Shown here piece by piece: positions 49,482 to 60,308 of a DNA stretch of 64,000 nucleotides. Under the pieces are notes generated by a model. That model did no database searches. It was not told the DNA's origin and was given only the letters and a program-made list of their open reading frames with translations. A program made the translations under genes and the position numbers. The number at the start of each line of letters is the position of its first letter. Positions within the stretch are counted from its first letter, which is position 1. Source of the DNA: Halothiobacillus sp. (GTDB taxonomy: Bacteria; Pseudomonadota; Gammaproteobacteria; Halothiobacillales; Halothiobacillaceae); contig JAGUXT010000035.1 in assembly GCA_020061705.1 (NCBI GenBank), positions 2,345-66,344 on the forward strand. The letters run 5' to 3'.

Positions 49482-51077
49482 ATGGCTCTAACGGAACTTG
49501 TTTATCATGAGACAGATCACAGTAAACGTTATGAACCTCTGAAATTCACCGGACTCTCGGACATCCTATTGATTGCCAAAACAAACAAAATAATTACGCC
49601 TTCTTCCTGCACTTTTGCGCCTGTGGGGATTTTGGTTTTATTTGTGTTGCCCTTGATCTGGCTCATCTTCAGCTTTAATCGCCCGCCGCTGGTTCTGCCC
49701 GAAGACAAACCTTCTGTTGCCGCGTCACAACTTGAAACCATCCTTGAAACGGGCATTTTGCGGGTCGCCACTCGCCAAGGGCCTTTGACCTATTTCAAAA
49801 ATGAAGAAGGGGATATCAGCGGGCTGGAGGCCGATCTTTGCAGCCTGTTTGCGGCAAGCTTGGGAGTTAAGCTCGAATTTGTGCTTGCCGAATCCATTCC
49901 CGAAATCCATGAGCTTCTGCGTACAGGTCAAGTGGACATGGCCGCTGCAGGGCTAATTCGCAGCCCCTCGCAATTTCCCGAGTTTCGTTTTGGAACGAGC
50001 TATTTGCAATTACGCCAACAGCTTCTGATGCGTGAGGACGGCGAAAAACCCAGGAAACTGGATGATATAGACAATGCATTTATCAGCGTTGTGACGGGAA
50101 GTGGACATACTGAAACTGCACGCGCCATCAGCGAACGGCATCCAGACATCGTTCCCCAGCCACTGAATGCCGCCTCGGGCATGGAGCTGGTCGCCAAACT
50201 GGCGCGTAAGGAGCTGGACTATGTGCTGATTGATTCATCCATGGCTCGTTGGGCGCAAATACGCTTTCCCGAAGTCAAATTGGCTCTCGATATTGGTGAG
50301 CCCAAAGACTATGCGTGGATATTCTCCACTTCAACCAGCATGTGTGCGCAAATGCCGCAAACCAGCCACTGCAAAGGACACGACAACGATACCTTGGTGC
50401 AGGCTGCCGAGGATTTCATGATCGCGCTCAAGCAAAGTGGCGAGCTTCAGCGGATTATTGACGGCTATTTTGATTATCTGGATACCCTGGATCCCGATGG
50501 TTCACGCCAATTTTTGCGCGCTGTGCGCTACCAACTACCTGCGTATCGCACACATTTTGTCCAGGCAGGTCAGCGCCATACGATCGACTGGCGTCTTCTG
50601 GCGGCAACGGGCTATCAGGAGTCCAAGTGGGATCCTGAAGCGGTTTCAGGCTCTGGCGTGCGCGGCATGATGCAATTTACGGCCAGCACTGCACAGAAAA
50701 TGGGCATTAACCCGCATGACCCACGCTCAAGCATCGACGGGGCGGCGCGTTATCTTAAATTGCTTGACCAGCAACTCCCGCACAACATCCCACAAAATGA
50801 GCGTCCATGGTTTGCGCTTGCTGCCTACAATATTGGCATCGGCACAGTGCTTAATGCGGTACGCATTCATCAACGCAAACATCCCAAAGACACTCTCTAC
50901 TGGCAGGATTTCAAGGATTCGTTGCTGCTGGAAAATCAGGGCAGCACCTTTACCCGCCAACGCCGAAATCTGGCGCTACATTACGTGGACAGCATACGCA
51001 GTTATTACGAGTTATTGATTTGGCTGACCGAACGTAGTCCAGAAGCCGCGCTTGCCGTTAGCAAGGGGAAAAGTTAG
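49482..51077 (+). CDS. mltF: MltF-like lytic transglycosylase (ABC-type binding domain + SLT)
   Basis: LRVATR, GLEADL, DMAAAGL, WRLLAATGYQESKWDP.A.S..GVRGMMQFT, FALAAYNIG; start uncertain. Confidence 0.85.
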   Translation: MALTELVYHETDHSKRYEPLKFTGLSDILLIAKTNKIITPSSCTFAPVGILVLFVLPLIWLIFSFNRPPLVLPEDKPSVAASQLETILETGILRVATRQGPLTYFKNEEGDISGLEADLCSLFAASLGVKLEFVLAESIPEIHELLRTGQVDMAAAGLIRSPSQFPEFRFGTSYLQLRQQLLMREDGEKPRKLDDIDNAFISVVTGSGHTETARAISERHPDIVPQPLNAASGMELVAKLARKELDYVLIDSSMARWAQIRFPEVKLALDIGEPKDYAWIFSTSTSMCAQMPQTSHCKGHDNDTLVQAAEDFMIALKQSGELQRIIDGYFDYLDTLDPDGSRQFLRAVRYQLPAYRTHFVQAGQRHTIDWRLLAATGYQESKWDPEAVSGSGVRGMMQFTASTAQKMGINPHDPRSSIDGAARYLKLLDQQLPHNIPQNERPWFALAAYNIGIGTVLNAVRIHQRKHPKDTLYWQDFKDSLLLENQGSTFTRQRRNLALHYVDSIRSYYELLIWLTERSPEAALAVSKGKS

Positions 51078-51168
51078 TAGCCTATCGGACTTGAGCAGCT
51101 GAAGCGAAAAAGTCGCCGACCGAGGGCAGATTTTGCAGCCAGTTCGCCTCAAGTCCGACAGGCTGCTA
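51075..51168. mobile_element. MITE family A (94 bp) between convergent mltF and rsmJ
   Basis: 21-bp terminal inverted repeats TAGTAGCCTATCGGACTTGAG / CTCAAGTCCGACAGGCTGCTA (two mismatches). Confidence 0.8.
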
Positions 51169-51951
51169 GACCTTAGGTGGTTTGGTGACGAAAACATCAA
51201 AGCGCACCGCCTTACCCCGATAATCGAGAGTCGGCACGCGCCCGGCAAGGTATTCAGCGTGTAGAGGTCGCTTTACCACCACGCGGCGCAGGGCGCGGGT
51301 CAAGGCGCAATCGAGCAATGCCCCTGCATCCTCATCCTCTCCCACCAAAGCATGAAACAGGCGCATTGGCTTTTTCACCAAGGCTGATTTATTTCGCTCC
51401 GGAAACATGGGGTCAAGCACGACCACGTCATACGCACCCAGGCTCGCAGGGTCGTTTAAATGTCCGGTGGCATCTTCGGCACACAAATGCATACGCGACA
51501 CGGCCGCAAGCCCTTGCTCAGCCGCGCGCCGTAATCCATCGGCCAGCAGGGCATGCACCACCGGGTGACGCTCACACAGTGTCACCTCGCAACCCAGACT
51601 GGCGAGCATGAACGCATCGCGCCCCAAGCCTGCCGTCGCATCCAGCACACGTGGCAAGGGATTACCCTTGACAGCCGCGGCACGCGCCAGCAACTCATCA
51701 CGCCGAAACCCTGCACGCTGCCTGAAACCCAGTGCGCCGCCACTAAAATCTACACGCAACGGTTCATCCCGTGGAGCATCGCAATCCAGCAAGCTCAGCC
51801 CATGCATGTCCAAAGACAACACCAAGCCCGAACTTGGCCGCGTATCCATGACCTGTGAGCCAAGTTGCGTTGCCAATGTCTCGGCCTCGGCCAATACCTG
51901 TGGATCTTGAATGAAGATACGTGTTGCATGTGGGTCTAGGAAGGAAGTCAT
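51166..51951 (-). CDS. rsmJ: 16S rRNA m2G1516 methyltransferase (YhiQ)
   Basis: VLDATAGLGRDAF.LASLG, ERHPV, LDPMFP, RVVVKRP. Confidence 0.93.
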   Translation of the reverse strand: MTSFLDPHATRIFIQDPQVLAEAETLATQLGSQVMDTRPSSGLVLSLDMHGLSLLDCDAPRDEPLRVDFSGGALGFRQRAGFRRDELLARAAAVKGNPLPRVLDATAGLGRDAFMLASLGCEVTLCERHPVVHALLADGLRRAAEQGLAAVSRMHLCAEDATGHLNDPASLGAYDVVVLDPMFPERNKSALVKKPMRLFHALVGEDEDAGALLDCALTRALRRVVVKRPLHAEYLAGRVPTLDYRGKAVRFDVFVTKPPKV

Positions 51952-51958
51952 GCAATAA

Positions 51959-53293
51959 CTAGCGCGCATCCACACCATGCGGAGCATTCAAAACCTTGGT
52001 AAAAACCTTAGACTTGCGCTGTGCGTTGTAAATAGCCTGACGCTCGACAGGTAGGTCGTTCACATGTGCAGCAGCAAAACCATGTTCGACAAACCAATGC
52101 GCAGTATGCGTGGTCAATACAAATAAGGTCTGCATCCCCCGCTGTCTGGCTTCATTTTCCATGCGTGCCAGCAAACGCGCCGCACGCCCGCCACGTCGAT
52201 ATTGCGCATTCACGGCCAGGCAAGCCAACTCAGCCACCCTGGCTTCGATAAAGAAATGCAGCGCAGCGGTAGCGATGATCTGCCCGTCCAACTCGACTAC
52301 CCAGTAACGGTCAATTTCCAATTCAAGCTGCTCGCGCGGACGACGCACCAGCACGCCCTCCTCTTCCAGAGGACGAATAAGTTCCAGAATACCCGCCACA
52401 TCGTCAATGCTGGCGCGGCGCATTTTTTCCAGCGACTCGGCAGTGAGCAAGGTTCCGCAGCCCGAGCGACTGTACAACTCCTGAATCAACGCCCCCGGGG
52501 TACAACGATCCACCAGATGCACACGCTGCACACCTCGACGCACGGCCTTGCAGGCACTTTCCAGGTGCAAGGCCATCTCCTTGCTCAGCCCGGCATCATC
52601 CAGCAGCGGCTGCGCTTCAGTCACGGTCATTTGAGCAGGTAGTTCGAGCGAGGACTCTGTCAAAAAAATCAGTTTGTCAGCCTGAAGGTACGCCGCAATA
52701 TCGACCGCCACATCTTCAGCACGCAAATTGAATACCTCACCAGTTGGCGATGCTGCCAGACAGGACTGAAGCACGGTATGCCCGGCATCCAGCAAGGAAC
52801 GCAATCGACCGGTTTCAACCTTGCGCACCTCACCCGTCCAGCCAAGATCAACCCCCTCGCGCACCCCCATTGGCCGCGCCACCACGGCATTGCTGCTCAC
52901 CACCGACAGGCGCGCGCCCTCAAGCGGCGTATTTGGCAACCCCATCGACAGACGTGCTGTCATGTCCAGCATCTGCACCGCCACGGCGCGCTTGATTGAA
53001 GGCAGGGCTTGTTCGCTGGTCACACGCATCCCAAGATGATGCTGCGTGCTCACGCCATCATCCAGCAATTCGGCCTCGATCTGCGGACGCGACCCCGGCA
53101 CCAGCACCAGCCGCACATCCAGGGACGTCAACAAGGCAATATCGGAAATCAGCGCGTCCACATTGCTCTGATCGCGATCAACAAGAGCCTCGCCAGCGAA
53201 AGCCAGCACGAACACACGATCCTGGTGTGCGTCGATATACGGGGAAGCGTCGCGCAGCCACTGCGCCATCTGAGAAATTTCAGGAGCGCTCAT
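51959..53293 (-). CDS. argA: Amino-acid N-acetyltransferase (AAK + GNAT)
   Basis: WLRDASPYI.AH, GEVFNL, ELYSRSGCGT, ILELIRPLEEEGVLVRR, ELACLAV, HWF.EHGF. Confidence 0.96.
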   Translation of the reverse strand: MSAPEISQMAQWLRDASPYIDAHQDRVFVLAFAGEALVDRDQSNVDALISDIALLTSLDVRLVLVPGSRPQIEAELLDDGVSTQHHLGMRVTSEQALPSIKRAVAVQMLDMTARLSMGLPNTPLEGARLSVVSSNAVVARPMGVREGVDLGWTGEVRKVETGRLRSLLDAGHTVLQSCLAASPTGEVFNLRAEDVAVDIAAYLQADKLIFLTESSLELPAQMTVTEAQPLLDDAGLSKEMALHLESACKAVRRGVQRVHLVDRCTPGALIQELYSRSGCGTLLTAESLEKMRRASIDDVAGILELIRPLEEEGVLVRRPREQLELEIDRYWVVELDGQIIATAALHFFIEARVAELACLAVNAQYRRGGRAARLLARMENEARQRGMQTLFVLTTHTAHWFVEHGFAAAHVNDLPVERQAIYNAQRKSKVFTKVLNAPHGVDAR

Positions 53294-53304
53294 GGCGACC
53301 TCGC

Positions 53305-54216
53305 TTAAAAGGGAACATCCAGCAAAAACTCCAACAAGGCTTTTTGCGTGTGCAGGCGATTTTCCGCCTCGTCCCACACCACACTCCAACGCCCGTCGAT
53401 CACGCCCGCTTCGACTTCCTCACCGCGATGCGCGGGCAGGCAGTGCATAAACAAGGCATCAGCGCGCGCACGCGACATCAGCTCCTCAGTGACATTGAAT
53501 CCAGAAAAATCACGCAGGCGGCGCTCGTTTTCCTCTTCCTGACCCATGCTCGTCCACACATCGGTCACCACCAGATCGGCATCGGTGCAGGCTTGCACCG
53601 GATCATGCGAAAACATGACGCGATCAGCTGCGGCTGCAAGCATCTCGACATCCGGCACATAGCCCATGGGTGAAGCAATATTCAGCTTAAAATCAAATAC
53701 CTGTGCCGCATTGATAAAGGTGTTGCACATATTGAAGCCATCACCCACCCAAGCCACCGTCTTGCCCTGAATCGAACCGCGATGCTCTTCATAGGTCATG
53801 ACATCGGCCAAAAGCTGACAAGGGTGAAATTTTTCGGTCAGCGCATTAATCACCGGAACCCGCGAATAGCGCGCAAACTCCTCAATATCGGCATGGCGAT
53901 GTGCCCGAATCATAATCACATCCACCATGCGCGAGAGCACCCTTGCGCTATCCGCAATGGGCTCGCCACGCCCGAGCTGGGTATCTCGATGCGACAGAAA
54001 AATGGCATGACCGCCAAGCTGCGCCATACCCGCCTCAAACGACACGCGTGTACGTGTTGAAGACTTCTCGAAAATCATCCCCAACACACGGTTTTGCAAA
54101 GTAAGCACCGGTTCGGAACGGGCGCGAGCATCCTTCAAACGACGTGCGCGCGCCAAAACCTGACGCAGCTCGTCATGGCTTAAATCGTCAAGCGTTAAAA
54201 AATGGCGCACATTCAT
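53305..54216 (-). CDS. argF: Ornithine carbamoyltransferase
   Basis: [41 protein letters not shown]. Confidence 0.97.
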   Translation of the reverse strand: MNVRHFLTLDDLSHDELRQVLARARRLKDARARSEPVLTLQNRVLGMIFEKSSTRTRVSFEAGMAQLGGHAIFLSHRDTQLGRGEPIADSARVLSRMVDVIMIRAHRHADIEEFARYSRVPVINALTEKFHPCQLLADVMTYEEHRGSIQGKTVAWVGDGFNMCNTFINAAQVFDFKLNIASPMGYVPDVEMLAAAADRVMFSHDPVQACTDADLVVTDVWTSMGQEEENERRLRDFSGFNVTEELMSRARADALFMHCLPAHRGEEVEAGVIDGRWSVVWDEAENRLHTQKALLEFLLDVPF

Positions 54217-55403
54217 ACATGACTCCCGTCTGCCAAGAACGCTGTAATCAATTCAGCCAGCGTGGCAATCAGGGTTTCAGTCTGTTCATCCGTCATGACC
54301 AAAGCCGGCAGCAAACGCACCACCGAATCAGCAGTGACGTTAATCAGCAAACCGTGCTGCAAAGCCTGCCCGACCAAAGCATTACACGGACGATCCAATT
54401 GAATGCCAATCATCAAGCCCAAGCCGCGCACTTCAAGCACACCCGGCACGTTTTGCAGGCGCGCTCTCAAGCCGTCCTGAATGCGCTGTCCAAGCTCGGC
54501 GGCGCGCATCACCAAGCCATCGCGCTCAATCACCTCCAGCACGGTGTGCGCCACGCGACACATCAAGGGATTGCCGCCAAAGGTCGAACCATGATTACCC
54601 GGTCCAAACAGCTCGGCCGCCGCACCCGCTGCCAGGCACGCGCCAATAGGCACGCCATTGCCCAAACCCTTGGCCAAACTCATAACATCAGGCGTAATCC
54701 CGGCATGTTGGAAACCAAACCATGCCCCGGTACGCCCGATGCCTGTCTGCACTTCATCGACCATCATCAACCAGCCATGTGCGTCGCAAATTTCACGAAT
54801 GCCCTGCAAAAAACTCGCAGGAGGCACGCGAATCCCACCCTCGCCCTGCACCGGCTCCACCAGAATCGCCACGATGTTGCGATCATGCGCCGCCACTTGG
54901 CGCAGTTTTTCCAAATCGCCATAGGGTACGCGCACAAAACCGCTCACCAGAGGCTCAAAGCCAGCCTGAACCTTGCGGTTGCCGGTGGCCGAAAGGGTCG
55001 CCAGGGTACGACCATGAAAACTCGACTCCATCACCACGATATGCGGGTCGGACAAACCCTTGCGATGGCCGTGAAGACGCGCCAGCTTGATGGCAGCCTC
55101 GTTGGCTTCCGCGCCGGAGTTGCAGAAAAACACCTTGTCCATGCCGGAAATCGCCGTCAAACGATCAGCCAGACTCTCTTGCCAAGCAATGCCGTAAATG
55201 TTCGAAGTGTGGATCAGAGTGCGCGCCTGATCGCACATTGCCTCGGCAATATCCGCCTGAGCATGACCCAGCCCACATACGGCCACGCCCATAATCGCAT
55301 CCAGATAGCGCTTGCCCTCGGTGTCCCACAGGAAAGCGCCTTCGCCACGCACAAAGGTGACAGGCTGACGGTTATAGGTGTTCATTAAGTGATGTGTAGC
55401 CAT
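54213..55403 (-). CDS. argD: Acetylornithine aminotransferase
   Basis: [54 protein letters not shown]. Confidence 0.95.
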   Translation of the reverse strand: MATHHLMNTYNRQPVTFVRGEGAFLWDTEGKRYLDAIMGVAVCGLGHAQADIAEAMCDQARTLIHTSNIYGIAWQESLADRLTAISGMDKVFFCNSGAEANEAAIKLARLHGHRKGLSDPHIVVMESSFHGRTLATLSATGNRKVQAGFEPLVSGFVRVPYGDLEKLRQVAAHDRNIVAILVEPVQGEGGIRVPPASFLQGIREICDAHGWLMMVDEVQTGIGRTGAWFGFQHAGITPDVMSLAKGLGNGVPIGACLAAGAAAELFGPGNHGSTFGGNPLMCRVAHTVLEVIERDGLVMRAAELGQRIQDGLRARLQNVPGVLEVRGLGLMIGIQLDRPCNALVGQALQHGLLINVTADSVVRLLPALVMTDEQTETLIATLAELITAFLADGSHV

Positions 55404-55560
55404 GCTCGTATTCCTCTTGGGGAAACCCGGAATTCAAAAAAGCGGAATTCACAAATAGTAAAGACCCCAAAAGGGGTCTGGTTAGTTGGAGTTTAACCGC
55501 GCCACAAGCACTTGTGAAGTGTCATGACGCGATTAAAACCGCCTGAAAATCAAGCCAAAC

Positions 55561-56172
55561 TCAAGCCTTGAGTGCAGCGTAACGCTTGCTCACCTCGTCC
55601 CAGTTCACCACATCCCAGAAGGCGTTGATGTAATCCGGACGGCGGTTCTGGTAGCGCAAGTAGTACGCGTGTTCCCACACGTCCATACCCAAAATCGGCG
55701 TGCCCTTCACTTCGGCAATATCCATGATCGGATTGTCCTGGTTCGGGGTGGATGACACCACCAGCTTGCCCTCAGCATCGACCGACAACCACGCCCAGCC
55801 GGAGCCAAAACGGGTTGCACCAGCCGTCGCGAACTTCTCGCGGAACGTGGTGAAATCACCAAACGTAGCTTCAATATCCGCCAACAATGCGCCGGTCGGC
55901 TGACCGCCACCGTTCGGAGACAGCACCGTCCAGAACAGGCTGTGGTTGTAGTGTCCGCCACCGTTGTTGCGCACGGCAACCGGCAGCTTGGAAATATTCG
56001 CCATCATGTCTTCGATGGATTTATCTTCCCACTCCGTACCCGCGATGGCGTTGTTGCAGTTGGTCACATAGGCGCCGTGGTGCTTGGTATGGTGAATTTC
56101 CATGGTGCGCGCATCGATGGATTTCTCAAGCGAATCATAAGCATAGGTCAAATCAGGAAGTACAAGAGCCAT
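55561..56172 (-). CDS. sodA: Superoxide dismutase, Mn-type signature
   Basis: [19 protein letters not shown] (Gly-rich Mn-type pattern), [11 protein letters not shown]. Confidence 0.88.
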   Translation of the reverse strand: MALVLPDLTYAYDSLEKSIDARTMEIHHTKHHGAYVTNCNNAIAGTEWEDKSIEDMMANISKLPVAVRNNGGGHYNHSLFWTVLSPNGGGQPTGALLADIEATFGDFTTFREKFATAGATRFGSGWAWLSVDAEGKLVVSSTPNQDNPIMDIAEVKGTPILGMDVWEHAYYLRYQNRRPDYINAFWDVVNWDEVSKRYAALKA

Positions 56173-56347
56173 GGGTTTCTCCTTGGTAACATCAGGGGTT
56201 CAACAATCTGGGGCGGGTCTATGACGCGGCGATTGGCGCAGTCAGCGAGCAATCTCCCCAAGCCGTGCAGAATCTACGCCTTTGGCAGGCATGAATCTAG
56301 CCATCCCATATGACAAAACGCTAGATCACGCGCACATCCTAAGGAAA

Positions 56348-57268
56348 TCAGCCCGCGTCCTCCACCGGCAGCAAACCACTCAGCGTTTGAAAGGCACTAC
56401 GCCGAAGCACCTCGACAAAACCTCGACGCAGTTGAATATCATCGCTACGAAACGCGGCAAACAGCCCGCTCCATAGCCCTTGCTCTCCAATAGGCCGCGC
56501 CAGAACATAACCGCGTTCAATCTGCGCTTGCGCCGCCCAGCGCGGCAAGGCGGCCAGCCCGCGCCGCGAAGCCACAAGCTGCAAAATCGCTACCGTCAAC
56601 TCCGCTGTACGCCGCTCCAAGCTTATGCCAGCAGGTTTCAACACCCGCTGCACCACATCCAAAGCCTGATCCGGCACAGGATAGGTAATGAGCGTCTGCC
56701 CGGCAAAATCCGTTGCCGCAAGCCAGGGCTTATCCGCCAACCCATGCCCCGGCGCCAGCAGAGCCACGATTTCATAGCGAAACAGCGGCAGATAACTCAC
56801 CCCCGGCCAGTCACGCATTTCCGACACCACGGCCAAATCCGCCCGCCCATCAAGCAGCAAATCCAGCGGCTCGGGCAAAAATCCGCTTACCAAATCCAGC
56901 TCGGCCTCCGGGTGTTCGGCGCGGTAGGCATCCATCGCCGGCATCAGCCAGTCGAAACACGAGTGACACTCCACCGCAATGCGCAACTGCTCCGGAGCAT
57001 GTTGGTTCGACAGACGCAACACTTCGGCGCGCGCGGCTTCAACTTCCGGCAGTACCCGCCTTGCCGCCGTCAACAGCCGCTCACCCGCCGCAGTCAAACG
57101 CAAAGGCCGCTTGGAGCGATCCAACAAGGGCACACCAAGATAACGCTCCAGCGCGCCCAGCTGATGCGACAACGCCGATTGGGTCAGATGCACCCGCTCC
57201 GCCGCCGCCGACACCGAACCGGTCTCGGCCAAAGCCTGAATCATGCGTAGATGACGGAGTTCAATCAC
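56348..57268 (-). CDS. metR: LysR-family regulator MetR
   Basis: IELRHL, HLTQSALSHQL, LRIAVECHSCFDWLMPAMDAYR, LQLVASRRG.AALP.W. Confidence 0.92.
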   Translation of the reverse strand: MIELRHLRMIQALAETGSVSAAAERVHLTQSALSHQLGALERYLGVPLLDRSKRPLRLTAAGERLLTAARRVLPEVEAARAEVLRLSNQHAPEQLRIAVECHSCFDWLMPAMDAYRAEHPEAELDLVSGFLPEPLDLLLDGRADLAVVSEMRDWPGVSYLPLFRYEIVALLAPGHGLADKPWLAATDFAGQTLITYPVPDQALDVVQRVLKPAGISLERRTAELTVAILQLVASRRGLAALPRWAAQAQIERGYVLARPIGEQGLWSGLFAAFRSDDIQLRRGFVEVLRRSAFQTLSGLLPVEDAG

Positions 57269-57272
57269 ATTT

Positions 57273-59753
57273 TCAACCTCGTAATATCGCCACCGGTGTC
57301 GACGCCAACACCCGCCGCCCCAGCATGGGGACTAAAACCGCCACTAACAACACGCCCGCTGCCACGCCATACAACCATATATGCGAATCTAACATCATCG
57401 GCAGGTTGAACAGCTTCCAGCCCAACAGTGCGCCCAGCAACCCCGCCGCCAGCGCCGCCATCAGGCCGGTCAGTACACCCAGAACGGCGAACTCGACCCA
57501 CAGACTGTGCCAGATCTGCGCCGAACGTGCGCCCAACACACGCAAAATCGCCGTTTCGCGCAGGCGGGCGGCTTCGCTGGCGTGAAATGCGGCCAGCAGC
57601 ACCACCCATCCCGCCAGCAGGGTGAACACAAACACGTATTGCACCGCCTGACTGGCGCGTTCAATCAGTTTGCGCACCTCGCCCAGAATCCGCCTCAGGT
57701 CAAACAGGGTGACGGTGGGAAACTGCTGCAATAAGGCCTTTTGCTGCGCGATATTCGGCTCGGGCAGGTGAAAGCTGGTGACATACTGCGCCGCGCTGTG
57801 CGCCAATAATTCCGGCGTGCCGATGATGAAAAAATTCGGGCGCATCGAATCCCAGTTCACCTTGCGGATGCTGGTAATCGGCGCGCTGACCTCCTGCCCT
57901 TCCACGCTAAAGCTCAACACATCGCCCAGCTTCCAGCCCATTTGTTTCACCATATCTTGCTCCACCGACCAGCCGGGCGTGTCGAAACGCCACTGCCCCT
58001 TGAGCAGTTGGTTATCCACCGCCAGCGTCGGCGGCATCACCGACAGATTCAGTTGGCGGTCGATCAGCGACTTGGCGCGCCCCTGCACGGAAGCCGGGTC
58101 AAACGCCACGCCGTTCACCGCCGCAAGCCTCGCGCTGTGCATGGGATACACGCCTGCGCCATGAATGTTTTGCGCACGCAAGGCCGATTCCAGCGGCGCA
58201 ACCTCATGCGGCTGGATATTGATGGCAAACACATTCGGCGCATCCGCCGGTGCCTGATCGCGCCAGGCATCCAGCAAATCGCCGCGCACCACGCCCAACA
58301 ACAGCAAGGCGGTCAACCCCAGACTCAAGGCCGACACCTGCGCCGCACTCGCCCAGGGTGAACGCGCCAACCGTGCCAGTCCAAAACGCGCCATGCCGCG
58401 TGTCGGCAAGCGACGCAAGCCTTGCAACAGCAACCACACCACGCCCATGAACACCGCCAGACTCAGCAGCAATCCGCCCAGCACATACGCGGTCAGCAGC
58501 CCGTCCCGCGCCTGCATCCACACCAACAGCCCCATCGCCAGCAGCCCCGCCGCAAACAGCAGGCTCGCGGCAGGTGGCGGCGCGGCAAGTTGCTGATTCA
58601 ACACCCGCAAGGGCGGCGTATCCTGCAAACGCACCAGCGCGGGCAGCGCAAACCCCAGCAAAGCCAACAGCGCAATCGCCACCCCCAGCCCAATCGGTGC
58701 CAACGAAGGCGGCGGCAAGACAAAATCCAGCACCGCGTCCAGCAAAGCGGCCAAGCCCGACTGCGCCAGCGCGCCGAAGATAATGCCCGGCACCGCCGCC
58801 AACAGCGCCAACATCCCCAGCCGCAAGGTGTACAGCCAGAAAATCGTGCGCCGCGACGCACCAAACGCGCGCATCAAAGCCGCCGGGTCTTGCTGCACGC
58901 GATTGTATTGCTGCGCCGCCAGCAACAAGGCCGCCCCGGCCAGCAACACCGCCACCATCGCTGCCAACCCCAGAAAACGCGCGGCACGCTCAAACGCAGT
59001 TTTGAAGGCTGGCTGGCTGTTTTCCGGGCGCTCGATGGACAGACCGGCAGCAAGCTGCTCGCCCAGTTGAGCAAACAACTGCTCCCGCTGCGCCGCATCC
59101 GCCGCCAGCAACAGATGATGCTTCACCCGGCTTTGCGGCGTAACCAAGCCCGTGGGGACAATATCCTGCATATTCAACATGGCACGCGGCGCGGCCTGGG
59201 CAAAGAAATTGCCCACATCCGGCTCCCGCAGCAACACCGCCGCCACCGTGAAATGCGCCTGCCCGATCTGCACCGCATCGCCCACCTTCAGATCAAGCAA
59301 GGCCATCACCCGCTCCGCCAGCCACAGCGTCCCGGGGCTGGGGCCTTGCGCCAGCGTGGTCGGTGGCGCATCCGCCGCCATCTGGATGCTCAGCTCACCG
59401 CGCAAGGGATAGCCCTCCCCCACCGCCTTCAAACTGACCAGTTGCGCGTTGTCCCCCGCCAGCAGCACCGTCGGAAACTCCAGCGTCTGCGCCGTGCGCA
59501 ACCCCAAAGCCCGCGCCTGTTCGAGCTGGGTTTGCAACGGCTGCGGCGCATCAATCCGCCCATCCGCCGCCAAAAACTCCGCCGCCTGCGCCCGCATTCC
59601 CGCATCAACCCGGTCGGTAAAAAACCCCACCGCCGTCACCGCCGCCACCGCAACCACCAACGCCAGCAGCATGGCCGTCAGCGCACCATTCTTTAGCTCG
59701 CGCCACAACCCGCGCCAAGCAAGCAGAAGTAATCCCACGCGATTCAATGCCAT
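57273..59753 (-). CDS. ABC transporter permease, FtsX-like double domain (YbbP-like)
   Basis: 826 aa, two 4-TM blocks, PNVFAINIQP, VNWDSMRPNFFI, AILRVLGA. Confidence 0.9.
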   Translation of the reverse strand: MALNRVGLLLLAWRGLWRELKNGALTAMLLALVVAVAAVTAVGFFTDRVDAGMRAQAAEFLAADGRIDAPQPLQTQLEQARALGLRTAQTLEFPTVLLAGDNAQLVSLKAVGEGYPLRGELSIQMAADAPPTTLAQGPSPGTLWLAERVMALLDLKVGDAVQIGQAHFTVAAVLLREPDVGNFFAQAAPRAMLNMQDIVPTGLVTPQSRVKHHLLLAADAAQREQLFAQLGEQLAAGLSIERPENSQPAFKTAFERAARFLGLAAMVAVLLAGAALLLAAQQYNRVQQDPAALMRAFGASRRTIFWLYTLRLGMLALLAAVPGIIFGALAQSGLAALLDAVLDFVLPPPSLAPIGLGVAIALLALLGFALPALVRLQDTPPLRVLNQQLAAPPPAASLLFAAGLLAMGLLVWMQARDGLLTAYVLGGLLLSLAVFMGVVWLLLQGLRRLPTRGMARFGLARLARSPWASAAQVSALSLGLTALLLLGVVRGDLLDAWRDQAPADAPNVFAINIQPHEVAPLESALRAQNIHGAGVYPMHSARLAAVNGVAFDPASVQGRAKSLIDRQLNLSVMPPTLAVDNQLLKGQWRFDTPGWSVEQDMVKQMGWKLGDVLSFSVEGQEVSAPITSIRKVNWDSMRPNFFIIGTPELLAHSAAQYVTSFHLPEPNIAQQKALLQQFPTVTLFDLRRILGEVRKLIERASQAVQYVFVFTLLAGWVVLLAAFHASEAARLRETAILRVLGARSAQIWHSLWVEFAVLGVLTGLMAALAAGLLGALLGWKLFNLPMMLDSHIWLYGVAAGVLLVAVLVPMLGRRVLASTPVAILRG

Positions 59754-59812
59754 AGCCAGAACTCCGTTAGTGCCTGTTGATGAGCATTAAACATGGACGC
59801 AATAGATTGTCT

Positions 59813-59931
59813 ATCGTTCCCACGCTCCGGCGTGGGAATGCAGCCCCAGACGCTCCAGGGTCGCACCGACATGCTCAACGCGCCGCTTGAGCGGCAAGCC
59901 GTGCGTTTCCACGCTGGAGCGTGGGAACGAT
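59813..59931. repeat. REP doublet of the GTTCCCACGCTC..CGTGGGAA family
   Basis: ATCGTTCCCACGCTCCGGCGTGGGAATGCA ... GCGTTTCCACGCTGGAGCGTGGGAACGAT, inverted. Confidence 0.85.
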
Positions 59932-60009
59932 CTCAAAAACCATCATTAATTTCACCACTCCCGTGGATGCGGGAGTCTAGTTCGTTGATTTGATTGGGCT
60001 GCTGCTTGC

Positions 60010-60156
60010 TCAAGAGTTGAGCTGGGAGAATTTATCTAAATACCCTTGTGTAACTGTGCCGATGCTGCAATGCTCAGGTCGGAAGCGCTCACGCACTTGG
60101 TCAAGCGGCTTGGGCGGATGACATGCAAGTGTGTTTAATTTTGGATATGAACCCAT
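60010..60156 (-). pseudogene. intI: N-terminal remnant of an integron integrase
   Basis: PPKPLDQVRERFRPEHCSIGT.TQGYLD resembles the IntI N-terminus (K.LDQ.RE.IR..HYS.RTE.AY..W); stops after ~48 aa, no catalytic domain; divergent from the cassette array. Confidence 0.7.
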
Positions 60157-60164
60157 GCTTAGGT
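60146..60164 (+). other. Degenerate attI-like site
   Basis: TATGAAC-ccatg-CTTAGGT (7-5-7; would be GTTRRRY with a G>C change); same geometry as 44377-44395. Confidence 0.35.
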
Positions 60165-60210
60165 TTACTCCGTGGGATGAGTATTCCAACGAAGGTGGAA
60201 GAAAAGTGGT

Positions 60211-60283
60211 TTTTAACTTTCCGTTCGAGCGGGACACCTTCGCCGACAAGTTGGTTTCGCGCCCCTTAGCTTGCTCGTTAGCA
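60211..60283 (+). other. attC site (73 bp) preceding the TIR cassette
   Basis: TTTTAAC-5 bp-GTTCGAGCGGGAC...GCCCCTTAGC-6 bp-GTTAGCA; canonical 5/6-bp spacers. Confidence 0.75.
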
Positions 60284-60308
60284 TTCAATCAAGTTTGGAG
60301 ACCATGAG

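Noticed and set aside
54144-55388. 414-aa plus-strand ORF
   Set aside because: Antisense shadow of argD
58422-59696. 424-aa Gln/Arg/His-rich plus-strand ORF
   Set aside because: Antisense shadow of the ybbP-like permease
60010-60288. Functional integron integrase
   Set aside because: Only an N-terminal fragment is present; no R-H-R-H-Y catalytic motifs anywhere in the window
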